Assembly (NCBI GenBank): GCA_965204725.1
Contig: OZ242005.1
Coordinates: forward strand, 1,952,001 to 2,016,000
Origin: Candidatus Latescibacterota bacterium
GTDB taxonomy: Bacteria > Latescibacterota > UBA2968 > UBA8231
Direction of reading: 5' to 3'
Length of the DNA stretch: 64,000 nucleotides
Shown here: positions 10,390 through 19,115 of the stretch, piece by piece
Layout of the letters: every line of letters starts with the position of its first letter
Position numbering within the stretch: the first letter of the stretch is position 1
The notes under the pieces: generated by a model
What the model saw: the letters and a program-made list of their open reading frames with translations, nothing else
Database searches by the model: none
Told to the model about the DNA's origin: nothing
Program-made: the position numbers and the translations under genes

Positions 10390-10728
10390 TTAGAGGGCGG
10401 TTTCGCCGGTTTCGCCGGTGCGGATGCGAACGGCCTCGACCAGCTCGGAGACAAAGATCTTGCCGTCGCCGACCTCGCCGGTGGCAGCCGACTGCAAAAT
10501 CGCCTCCACCGCTTCGTCGAGTAGGCCATCGCCGACGGCCAGTTCAATGCGAATTTTGGGCATGAAATCGAGCTGGTATTCGGCGCCGCGGTAGATTTCG
10601 CTGTGCCCGCGCTGGCGACCGCAGCCGCGCACCTCGCTGACGGACATTCCAACGAGGCCAATCGCGGCCAAAGAGCTTTTGACCTCGTCGAGTTTGAAGG
10701 GCTTGATAAAGGCCACGATGTTTTTCAC
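10390..10728 (-). CDS. glnB: nitrogen regulatory protein P-II (GlnB/GlnK)
   Basis: 112 aa; IKPFKLDEVK, GRQRGHSEIYRGAEY, TGEVGDGKIFV, RIRTGE. Confidence 0.92.
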   Translation of the reverse strand: MKNIVAFIKPFKLDEVKSSLAAIGLVGMSVSEVRGCGRQRGHSEIYRGAEYQLDFMPKIRIELAVGDGLLDEAVEAILQSAATGEVGDGKIFVSELVEAVRIRTGETGETAL

Positions 10729-10738
10729 GGCATTCCTT

Positions 10739-11362
10739 TCAACGAGGCGAAAAGCGGGGCTTGCGGCCGTAGCTTACGCTGCCGGGGGCCGGCATATTGG
10801 CGACGCCGAGGGAGCTTTTTTGGCTGCCGTGGATGGGGCCGATGCAACTGGCTGGGATATCTTCGGTTAGTACGACCGCACCGCGAGCGAAAAAGCGACA
10901 GCCCTCCTCGTGGGCCTTGGCCGCGAGAATCTCCACCACGCAGGGGGTGTCGCGTTGGTGGCTGTGCGACTCGGCCGCCTCGCGCGTCAGCGACAGATGC
11001 ACGTAGTAGCGATCGCCCGGGGAAATGCCCTCGCGGGCAAAGTGCCGGGCTGCGCTGCGGGTCGTACCCATGTAGAGCCGATCGGGCGGCGGGGCCATAG
11101 GCTCGCCGTCCATATCGACGAAAAAACTGTGTCCGTACAGTGCGCGGATGCCGAACTCATTCAGCTCAAAGCGATACTGCTGGGGGTCCTTGACTAGGTT
11201 GACGATTTCGGTCTCGGTCACCTCGGCGTAGCGTTCTTGTACTTCTTGCACCACCTGATCTAACGGCGCGTAGCCGTAAGCATCGATCTCCAAGCCAAAT
11301 TCGTCGGGTCGATGCCTGAGCATTAGCGAAAGCAATTTGGAAATGCGACTTGTATTGGCCAC
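10739..11362 (-). CDS. kptA: RNA 2'-phosphotransferase (KptA/Tpt1 family)
   Basis: SKLLSLMLRHRP, IRALYGHS, RYYVHLS motifs. Confidence 0.82.
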   Translation of the reverse strand: MANTSRISKLLSLMLRHRPDEFGLEIDAYGYAPLDQVVQEVQERYAEVTETEIVNLVKDPQQYRFELNEFGIRALYGHSFFVDMDGEPMAPPPDRLYMGTTRSAARHFAREGISPGDRYYVHLSLTREAAESHSHQRDTPCVVEILAAKAHEEGCRFFARGAVVLTEDIPASCIGPIHGSQKSSLGVANMPAPGSVSYGRKPRFSPR

Positions 11363-11414
11363 TGCTCATCGCGTCCTTTCAGCATGAATAGGCCGGCCTA
11401 GAGCCGGCGCGGTC

Positions 11415-11870
11415 TTAGGGGTTCCACTGTGCGCGATAGGTTGCAACGGCTCGGGCAACCGCCTCGTCGGATAGGGCAATGATTTGGGCCGCCAGCAGGG
11501 CCGCATTGCGGGCATTGTCAATGCCGACGGTCGCCACCGGAACGCCCGGGGGCATCTGCACGATGGAGTAAAGAGAATCGACTCCACGGAGCGCGCCCGA
11601 GGCAATGGGCACCCCGATGACCGGCAGCGTGGTATGCGCCGCCACGACCCCGGGCAGGGCCGCCGCTAAGCCAGCACCGGCGATGATCACCGCGAGGCCG
11701 CGACCAGCCGCCTCGCTAGCCCAAGTAGCGGTGCGCTCGGGGTTGCGGTGGGCCGAAGAGACGACCATCTCGTAGCCGAGACCCAACTCTTCGAGCACCG
11801 CCGCCCCCTTGCGCATGATGTCCTCATCCGAGGTGCTGCCCATGATTATGCCAACGCGAATGTCTGCCAT
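11415..11870 (-). CDS. purE: N5-carboxyaminoimidazole ribonucleotide mutase
   Basis: [36 protein letters not shown]; SD GGAGG before ATG 11870. Confidence 0.95.
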   Translation of the reverse strand: MADIRVGIIMGSTSDEDIMRKGAAVLEELGLGYEMVVSSAHRNPERTATWASEAAGRGLAVIIAGAGLAAALPGVVAAHTTLPVIGVPIASGALRGVDSLYSIVQMPPGVPVATVGIDNARNAALLAAQIIALSDEAVARAVATYRAQWNP

Positions 11871-11957
11871 AAAGCCCTCCCTGCAAATTCTATCTCGCAC
11901 AGCAACGAGCAAGCGTTAAGATAAGCCAAATTGCCCGTGCCCGACAACCGCCCCGCG

Positions 11958-13148
11958 CTAAGAATTGTTCATTTTGCGGCGCAGGAACGTGGGAATGTCC
12001 AAGTCGCCTACGGCCGGACGCCCGGGCTCCTCCTGCTGCTCCTGCGGAGTATTGTGACCGTTGCGCAGATACGTAGGCACGTCCAAGGAGGTGCCCCCAT
12101 TGCCGACGAGGATCGGGTTGCCGATGGTCAGCGGGTCCTCCTGTGCCGACTCCTCTGGCTCGCGGGCCGCCGCTTCGGACTCGCCGCCCTTGTCCAAGTT
12201 GAAGCCCGTGGCGATGACCGTCACGCGGATGTTCTCGGTCAAGCTGTCGTCAATTACGGTGCCAAAGATGATCTCGGCATCCGGGCCGGTGGCCTCGTTG
12301 ATCAGGGATATGATCTCGTTGGTCTCGTAGAGCGTGAGGTTGGAGTCGCCAGCGATATTGATCAACACGCCCTTGGCGCCCGCGATCGACACGTCCTCCA
12401 AAAGCGGGCTGTTGATCGCCTTGCGCGCGGCCTCCACAGCCCGCTCTTCGCCGTTGTGCTCCCCAAGGCCCATAATCGCATCCCCGCCCTTGGAAATCAC
12501 CCGGCGCACGTCGTTGAAGTCGAGATTGACCATGCCCGGAATCGTAATCAGGTCGGAAATGCCGCGCGTGGCTTGCATCAGCACTTCGTCGGCCTTGAAA
12601 AACGCCTCCTTGAGCGTGGTGTCGCGGCCGCAGACGGTCAGCAGGCGTTGGTTCTCGATGGTGATCAGGGTGTCAACTTGGTCCTTTAGCTCGGCAATCC
12701 CGCTTTTGGCGTTTCTCATCCGCGGCGAGCCTTCCATAAGAAAAGGTTCGGTGACAATGCCGACGGTCAGGCCCCCTTGATCGCGGGCCACTTCCGCAAC
12801 CACCGGGGCGGCCCCCGTACCCGTGCCGCCCCCCATGCCGGCCGTGATGAAAATTAAGTCCGAGTCCTGTAGCTGCTTGGCGACTTTGTCGCGGTCTTCT
12901 TCGATGGCTTGCCGACCCACTTCCGGTTCCGCACCCGCACCCAAGCCCCGCGTAACGCCGCTGCCAATGCAAATGGGGAAGTCGGCGCGCGAGGCCTCCA
13001 ACGCCTGTGCATCCGTGTTGACGGCGACGAATTCGACGCCGTGCATCCCGGACTCGATCATGCGGTTGATGGCATTGCCGCCGCCACCACCCACACCGAC
13101 GACCTTGATGCGCGCCCGGTGTTCATCATCAATTAACCTAATTGCCAT
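11958..13148 (-). CDS. ftsZ: cell division protein FtsZ
   Basis: GVGGGGGNA, GMGGGTGTG, NLDFND, C-terminal DIPTFLRR. Confidence 0.98.
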   Translation of the reverse strand: MAIRLIDDEHRARIKVVGVGGGGGNAINRMIESGMHGVEFVAVNTDAQALEASRADFPICIGSGVTRGLGAGAEPEVGRQAIEEDRDKVAKQLQDSDLIFITAGMGGGTGTGAAPVVAEVARDQGGLTVGIVTEPFLMEGSPRMRNAKSGIAELKDQVDTLITIENQRLLTVCGRDTTLKEAFFKADEVLMQATRGISDLITIPGMVNLDFNDVRRVISKGGDAIMGLGEHNGEERAVEAARKAINSPLLEDVSIAGAKGVLINIAGDSNLTLYETNEIISLINEATGPDAEIIFGTVIDDSLTENIRVTVIATGFNLDKGGESEAAAREPEESAQEDPLTIGNPILVGNGGTSLDVPTYLRNGHNTPQEQQEEPGRPAVGDLDIPTFLRRKMNNS

Positions 13149-13185
13149 GAGTATTCCTCCTCAATTTTTGGGACTCGCACCGCTG

Positions 13186-14358
13186 CTAGTCCCGCGGTTG
13201 TAACCACTTTTTTACGCGCCCGAGCACTGAATCGAAGGAGTCTTCGACCAGTGCCGGCGCCTCTTTTTGATTTTTCTCCTGCTGTTGCTCCACTCCGTAG
13301 AGGAGCAGGCCCAGCACCGTAGCATACGGCGGCCGGGCTAGCTCGGCCGCCGCCTCAAACCCGACCGGGACGCTCAGCCGCACCGGCATGCCAAAGACCC
13401 GCTCGGCCAAGGCCACAGCGCCGGCGATTTGGGCGCCCCCGCCCGTGAGGACAATGCCCGCGCCCAGCTTGACACCGGGCAATGCAGCCCAGACCTGCCG
13501 GCGGGCTAGGGCCAATATCTCCTCCATCCGCGCCTCAATGATGTGAGCAACCGTCTCGTTGGGCGCGGCCTCGCACTTGACCCGCTCGGCCTCGCCCCGC
13601 GTGGTGCCCAACCCAATGCCGATATCGTTGGTCACGTTCAGCCCGCCCAACCCAATGATGCCCGAGTGGCGCAAGCCCTTGCGGACGAAGACCACCACAT
13701 CCGTCGTGCCGCCGCCGATGTCGAGCAGGCAGACCCCCATCTGCTGCTCGTCCTCGCTGAGAACCGCATAGCTCGAAGCAAGTGGGCCGAGGACGACGCC
13801 ACGCACCTCAACGCCCGCGCGGAGGATGCTGTGGCAGATGTTCCGCACGGCGGCCACCGAGCTGGTGACCACGTGGACGCTCGCCTCTAAGCGCACTCCA
13901 TACATACCCACCGGGTCGAGGATGCCCCGCTGGCCGTTGACGGCAAATTCTTGGGGCAACACGTGCAGCACCTCGCGGTCGAACGGCACTTTGACCACGC
14001 CAGCCGCAGCGAGGACGCGGGCGCGGTCCTCGGTTCCGATCCAGCCGCCTTCGCCGCCGACTGGGACCATGCCCGTGCTGTTGAGGCTGGCGATGTATTC
14101 GCCAGAAATGCCGGCGTAAACCGAGTCGATTTCGACCCCGGCCATTAGCTCGGCTTGGCGCATGGCCTCGCCAACGGCATGCACGGTCTTTTCCGCATCT
14201 ACAATCGCCCCGCGCTGGATCCCTTCCGACAGGTGCTGGCCCATGCCGATGATCCGCAGCGGCCGCTCGGCGACCTGCTCGGCAATGACGGCGCAGACCT
14301 TGGTCGTGCCCAAGTCTAGTCCGGCGATGATGGCGCCGCGCTCCTCGCTTCCGTTCAT
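13186..14358 (-). CDS. ftsA: cell division protein FtsA
   Basis: LDLGTTKV, LDIGGGTTD, VLTGGGA, C-terminal amphipathic RVKKWL; adjacent to ftsZ. Confidence 0.95.
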   Translation of the reverse strand: MNGSEERGAIIAGLDLGTTKVCAVIAEQVAERPLRIIGMGQHLSEGIQRGAIVDAEKTVHAVGEAMRQAELMAGVEIDSVYAGISGEYIASLNSTGMVPVGGEGGWIGTEDRARVLAAAGVVKVPFDREVLHVLPQEFAVNGQRGILDPVGMYGVRLEASVHVVTSSVAAVRNICHSILRAGVEVRGVVLGPLASSYAVLSEDEQQMGVCLLDIGGGTTDVVVFVRKGLRHSGIIGLGGLNVTNDIGIGLGTTRGEAERVKCEAAPNETVAHIIEARMEEILALARRQVWAALPGVKLGAGIVLTGGGAQIAGAVALAERVFGMPVRLSVPVGFEAAAELARPPYATVLGLLLYGVEQQQEKNQKEAPALVEDSFDSVLGRVKKWLQPRD

Positions 14359-15173
14359 CCCGATTTGGCCTTCTTTTTGCCGACGACCATCTGGCCGGCG
14401 TAGCGCAGGTCGATATAGGCCGGATCGGGATGGTTCTGCTCAATGCGCGGCATCAGCCGGCGAATGGTGCGGAGCGGGCGGGCCACCTCGTTTGCCGGCA
14501 AGCGGACTTCGAGGCCATCGCCGGCCATCTGCAAGCGAATGCCTCCCCCGGAAATCGGCTGGATACCGGCCACGTCGAGGCAAAATTCCGCATCCGCGAC
14601 CGTGGCCTCCCCCCACCAGCGCAGGACGGCCAGCAGCGCGGAATCCGACACGGCCATGCCCGGCTGCAACGAGTCCCGGCCGACCGCTAGCCCGGATATG
14701 ACGGGCAACGTGCGCACGGTCGGGCCTTGGGGCAGCAGGACGCCATCAGGCGTGACCCCGTAGGTTCGGCCCAAATCAACCCAAGCCGTTTGGCGGTGCT
14801 CGACGATCTCAATGGCAATGCGGTCGGGCGGCTTGCGCACCACAAAGGCCCGCTTGATCCAATACGCGGCTTCCACCTGCTGCGCGACCGCGCCCAAGTC
14901 GATGGTGAAGATGTTGGTATCGGCCTCGAGGCCGCTGGCGACATGTACGTCCGCCCCACTGAGCCGCCGCAACCCATCCACCTCAATCACCTTGAGGCCA
15001 AACAGGGAGGCTTGGCCCAAGTAGGTGGCCGCCTGATAGGCCAAGGCCGTGCCCGTGCCCGTGATCAAAATAGAGAGCGCGACCCAAGGCCAGCGGGCCT
15101 TGGTTGGGCCTTGGGACTGCTTGGTTAGCGGCTTCAGCGGCTTCTTAGCCGCCTTGGTTTTCTTGCGTTTCAC
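14355..15173 (-). CDS. ftsQ: cell division protein FtsQ/DivIB
   Basis: GTG start overlapping the murC stop; basic N-tail, one TM, POTRA-like region, C-terminal YIDLRY. Confidence 0.85.
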   Translation of the reverse strand: MKRKKTKAAKKPLKPLTKQSQGPTKARWPWVALSILITGTGTALAYQAATYLGQASLFGLKVIEVDGLRRLSGADVHVASGLEADTNIFTIDLGAVAQQVEAAYWIKRAFVVRKPPDRIAIEIVEHRQTAWVDLGRTYGVTPDGVLLPQGPTVRTLPVISGLAVGRDSLQPGMAVSDSALLAVLRWWGEATVADAEFCLDVAGIQPISGGGIRLQMAGDGLEVRLPANEVARPLRTIRRLMPRIEQNHPDPAYIDLRYAGQMVVGKKKAKSG

Positions 15174-16558
15174 GAGCGCGCTCCGGCGGTCAAGGCCGCA
15201 ATCAGTTCGGTCGCCGCTTCGCCGATGTCCCCAGCCCCCATGATCAGCACCAAGTCGCCCCGGCGACAGATGGCGACTAAGTGGGCGATGAGTTGGTCGC
15301 GGTCGGGTAGGTACTCGACCGCGTTGTACCCGCGGGCGCGCAAGGCGTCGGCGATCCGCTCGGAGCCTACGCCGGGCAGGGGGGCCTCTCGGGCGGCATA
15401 GACTGCGGCCAGCACGACGCAATCGGCCGCCGCGAGCGCGTCGGCAAAGGCCGCGCCCAAGTCGCGGGTGCGCGAGTACAGGTGGGGTTGGAAGACCGCG
15501 ATAACTCGGCGGTCACTCTGCCGCGCAGCCGCCAAGGCCGCGGTCAATTCAGCCGGGTGATGGGCGTAGTCATCTACGATTAGCACGCCGGCGAATTCCC
15601 CCTTGCACTGAAAGCGCCGGTCGGCCCCGCCAAACTGCCCCAAGGCGTCGGCAATTGCCGCAAACTCCACTTGCAGGGCGCAGGTCAGGGCGGCGGCCCC
15701 AGCGGCATTGCGGACATTGTGGACGCCGTGGACCTGCAACTCGATCTCACCGAGCTTTTGCCCGTCGAAACACAGGGCAAACCGGCTGCCCCAAGCCCGC
15801 TCTTCGATCTCGGCGATCCGATAGTCGTTGTCGCCAGCCATGCCATAGGTCTGATGGGGGCGCTGCAAGCCGGCCAGCACCCGCTCCCCGACCAGCCCAT
15901 CCCCGGCCAGTACGCTGCGGCCGCAGAAGGGCAGGCGGGCGAGAAATTGGCCGAAGGCCCGCTCTAGGGCCTCCAAGCTCCCGTAGTAATCAAGGTGTTC
16001 GGCCTCTACATTCGTCACCAAGGCTAGGCTCGGATACAGGTGCAAGAAGCCGCCGGCGAACTCGTCGGCCTCCACTACGAAGACCTCGCCGCTCCCCAGC
16101 GCGGCTTGGGGCCGCCCGTTTACCCAGCCTCCGATCAAGACCTGAGGATCGAGGCCAGCGCGGCGCAAGACCGCGGCCACCATCGAAGCGGTCGTCGTCT
16201 TGCCGTGCGTGCCGGCGACAGCGAGGGTCAACGGCGTACGCGACAGCTCCCCGAGCACCTCGGCTCGGCTCGCCGTGGGAATGCCCTCGCGCGCGGCCGC
16301 CCGCCGCTCGGGATTGTCCGCCGGCACCGCGGCCGAATACACCACCAGATCGACGCCTTGGACGAGTTGGCTGTCGTGCCCTACCGCAACGGCGAACCCC
16401 TCTTGGTGTAGCAGCGCGATGCTCTGCGAGTCGGCCAGATCCGAGCCGCTTACCACGCAGCCCTTGGCGGCGAGGAGGCGGGCCAACCCCTCCATGCCCG
16501 CGCCGCCAATGCCCACGAGGTGGACGCGGCGATATTGGTCGAACAGGGTCTTCATCAT
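15170..16558 (-). CDS. murC: UDP-N-acetylmuramate--L-alanine ligase
   Basis: HLVGIGGAGM, AGTHGKTTT, EADE, DDYAHHP, FQPHLYSRT; ATGA overlap with the ftsW stop. Confidence 0.95.
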   Translation of the reverse strand: MMKTLFDQYRRVHLVGIGGAGMEGLARLLAAKGCVVSGSDLADSQSIALLHQEGFAVAVGHDSQLVQGVDLVVYSAAVPADNPERRAAAREGIPTASRAEVLGELSRTPLTLAVAGTHGKTTTASMVAAVLRRAGLDPQVLIGGWVNGRPQAALGSGEVFVVEADEFAGGFLHLYPSLALVTNVEAEHLDYYGSLEALERAFGQFLARLPFCGRSVLAGDGLVGERVLAGLQRPHQTYGMAGDNDYRIAEIEERAWGSRFALCFDGQKLGEIELQVHGVHNVRNAAGAAALTCALQVEFAAIADALGQFGGADRRFQCKGEFAGVLIVDDYAHHPAELTAALAAARQSDRRVIAVFQPHLYSRTRDLGAAFADALAAADCVVLAAVYAAREAPLPGVGSERIADALRARGYNAVEYLPDRDQLIAHLVAICRRGDLVLIMGAGDIGEAATELIAALTAGARS

Positions 16559-17676
16559 TGCGAATGCACCAAGCGCTCTCGATGTCCGGGGATCGTGCGG
16601 GCAACCCCCAGCAAGATGCCGACCCCCGCCATGTTCCCCATCAGGGACGAGCCTCCGTAGCTGACAAAGGGCAGCGGCAAGCCGGTGGTGGGTAGGACCC
16701 CGATGACCACGCCGATGTTCAGCAGGGCGTATATCGAAATCATCGCCGTAATGCCGACGGCGACCAAAAAGCCATAGGGATCGCCGGCGCGCGCCCCGAT
16801 GCGTAGGCCGTAAAACGAAAACGCCGCGAAAAGCCCCAGTACGGCTAGGGCACCCACGAGCCCCATTTCCTCGCCGATGACCGCGAAGACAAAGTCGGTG
16901 TGTGGTTCGGGCAGGTAGTGCTCTTTTTGCATGCTGTTGCCCAAACCCACCCCCAAAAGGCCGCCGTGGCCCATGCCGCACAGGGACTGCAAAAGCTGAT
17001 AGGAGCCAGCCGGATCGCGCTCTGGGTCGATAAAGTTGACCAAGCGGCGCATCTGATAGCTCGAATGCATCAGGGAAAGCCCAACGCCCAACAGCGCGAG
17101 CAGCCCGGCCCCAGCCAAGTGGTGCCAGCGCATTCCGCCGACCCACAGCATGGTCAAGGCAATCAGCCCCAGCGCAATCGTCGTCCCCAAGTCGGGCTGC
17201 AGTACGATGAGCACCAGCGCACAGCCGACGACCAACAACCGGGGGACAAACCCGTGGCGAAAGTCGTGTAACTCGTCGCGTTTGCGCACCAAGACATCCG
17301 CCAAGTAGAGCACCAAGGCCAGCTTGGCGAACTCGGCCGGCTGAAAGGCTACGCTCCCGCCCAAGGCCGGAATGCTCAACCAGCGTTGGGCCGCGCCATG
17401 GCCCCACGCCAAGACCAGCAAGAGCAACGCCAAGGCCACCAGCATGATCGGCCGCGAAAAGCGCGCCCACCACTGCAAGGGCAGCCGCGCAAACGCGAGC
17501 ATGAGCACCAAGCCGATGCCGACGCGGATGGACTGCTTCTTGAGGAAGAAGCCCGAATCGCCAAAGCGCACATGGGCCAAAACCGAACTAGAGCTATAGA
17601 CCATGACCAGCCCCAGACCTACCAGTATCAGGCAGATCAGCAACACGCACATGCTGTCGCGCTGCACAGCTATCAT
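16555..17676 (-). CDS. ftsW: peptidoglycan polymerase FtsW (SEDS)
   Basis: FQPAEFAK, QPDLGT, LPEPHTDF, LPFVSYGGSS. Confidence 0.95.
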   Translation of the reverse strand: MIAVQRDSMCVLLICLILVGLGLVMVYSSSSVLAHVRFGDSGFFLKKQSIRVGIGLVLMLAFARLPLQWWARFSRPIMLVALALLLLVLAWGHGAAQRWLSIPALGGSVAFQPAEFAKLALVLYLADVLVRKRDELHDFRHGFVPRLLVVGCALVLIVLQPDLGTTIALGLIALTMLWVGGMRWHHLAGAGLLALLGVGLSLMHSSYQMRRLVNFIDPERDPAGSYQLLQSLCGMGHGGLLGVGLGNSMQKEHYLPEPHTDFVFAVIGEEMGLVGALAVLGLFAAFSFYGLRIGARAGDPYGFLVAVGITAMISIYALLNIGVVIGVLPTTGLPLPFVSYGGSSLMGNMAGVGILLGVARTIPGHRERLVHSQ

Positions 17677-17741
17677 CCGCGAGAAACTCTTGGGTTGCTT
17701 AGGAGATTGAGAATGCGCCCGGTGGGAGCGAGCGATCTTCG

Positions 17742-19115
17742 CTACTGCAGAATGCGCTCGACGACTCGTTCAAAGGCCATCGCTCGGGAGGCCTTGACCA
17801 AGACCACGTCGCCGTGGCGCAGTTGCGCCGCAGCAAATTCCCCGAGCTGATCGGGCCGCTCGAAGTGCCGAGCCGCGTCTTGGGCCAAGCCGGCGGCGCG
17901 GGCCGCGGCCACCAAGTGCGCGCTTTCGCAACCGGCAGCCAAGACCATGTCGGCGCACTCCGCGGCCTTCGCTCCGACGACCGCGTGCAGCGAGCCGCTC
18001 TCCGCTCCGAGCTCCAGCATGTCGCCGAGCACGGCGATTTTCCGGGACCCGGGCATGTCGCTGAGCAGGTCGAGCGCGGCCGCCATCGAGCTCGGACTGG
18101 CATTGTAGCAATCGTCGATTGCTGCGACCCCATTTTTGCACACGATCTCGCCGCGCTGACTCACCGCCTTAAACTCGGCGAGGGCGCGCTGGATCCCTGC
18201 CCAAGGCACGCCGAGGATGCGACCGACCGCGGCCGCGGCCAAGGCGTTGTACGCGTTGTGCCGCCCCGGGACCTCGATATCGATGGGAACGCGCTGTAGA
18301 AGGAAGTGGCCGCAGCCCTTCTGGTCGAGGACGAGCCTCTCCCCACGAAACTCGCTCTCACGCGCAAAACCGAAGGTCAGGAGTCTCCCCTTTGTCCTCT
18401 TTACCTCCTGAGCCACGACACGGTCATCGGCGTTGACGAGAGCCGTTAAAGACTCGTCTAGATAATCCAGAAGCTCCCCTTTGGCCTTGGCCACTCCTTC
18501 TACAGATCCAAAAAACTCTAGGTGTGCAGTCCCGATGTTGAGCAAAACCCCAACGGTAGGTTCGGCAACCGAACACAGATAGCGGATATCCCCTATTCGC
18601 CGCGCCGCCAGTTCCAGCACCACAGCTTCGTGCCTGGGCGACAGTTGCAGCAAAGTGCGGGGCACCCCGATTTCGTTGTTCTCACTGCCAATGGTTTTTA
18701 AGACGCGATACCGCTGCCCCAAGACCGCGGCGATCATTTCCTTGGTCGTCGTCTTGCCGGCACTGCCGACAACGGCCACCACCGGCACCTCCCAGTGCCG
18801 CCGGTACGCCCGCGCTATATCGCCGAGGGCGTGTAGCGTCGAATCGACGACCAACAGCGGGCCGGAGATCGAGGTCGCCCGGTCCAACCCGCGCCAGCGG
18901 CGTTCTACTAAGGCGGCACCCGCGCCGCGAGCAAAGGCCGCCTCGACGAAGTCGTGCCCGTCGAAGTGCTCGCCCCGCAGCGCGACGAACAACTCGCCCT
19001 CGTCAATAGACCGGCTATCGGTCGCCACCGCTTGCAGGGCGCGGTCTGGCTGGAGGCTACCGATTGGGTCGGCCGCCGTCCACTGCACCAGCTCGCTCAG
19101 GGTCACGGCGCGCAT
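17742..19115 (-). CDS. murF: UDP-MurNAc-tripeptide--D-Ala-D-Ala ligase
   Basis: GSAGKTTTKE, NNEIGVP, DDCYNASP, LGDMLELG, VKASR. Confidence 0.95.
   Translation of the reverse strand: MRAVTLSELVQWTAADPIGSLQPDRALQAVATDSRSIDEGELFVALRGEHFDGHDFVEAAFARGAGAALVERRWRGLDRATSISGPLLVVDSTLHALGDIARAYRRHWEVPVVAVVGSAGKTTTKEMIAAVLGQRYRVLKTIGSENNEIGVPRTLLQLSPRHEAVVLELAARRIGDIRYLCSVAEPTVGVLLNIGTAHLEFFGSVEGVAKAKGELLDYLDESLTALVNADDRVVAQEVKRTKGRLLTFGFARESEFRGERLVLDQKGCGHFLLQRVPIDIEVPGRHNAYNALAAAAVGRILGVPWAGIQRALAEFKAVSQRGEIVCKNGVAAIDDCYNASPSSMAAALDLLSDMPGSRKIAVLGDMLELGAESGSLHAVVGAKAAECADMVLAAGCESAHLVAAARAAGLAQDAARHFERPDQLGEFAAAQLRHGDVVLVKASRAMAFERVVERILQ

Noticed and set aside
15170-17473. 767-aa ORF suggesting an N-terminally extended MurC or a hidden murG
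   Set aside because: The extension is an alternative frame over ftsW with no MurG motifs; MurC starts at 16558
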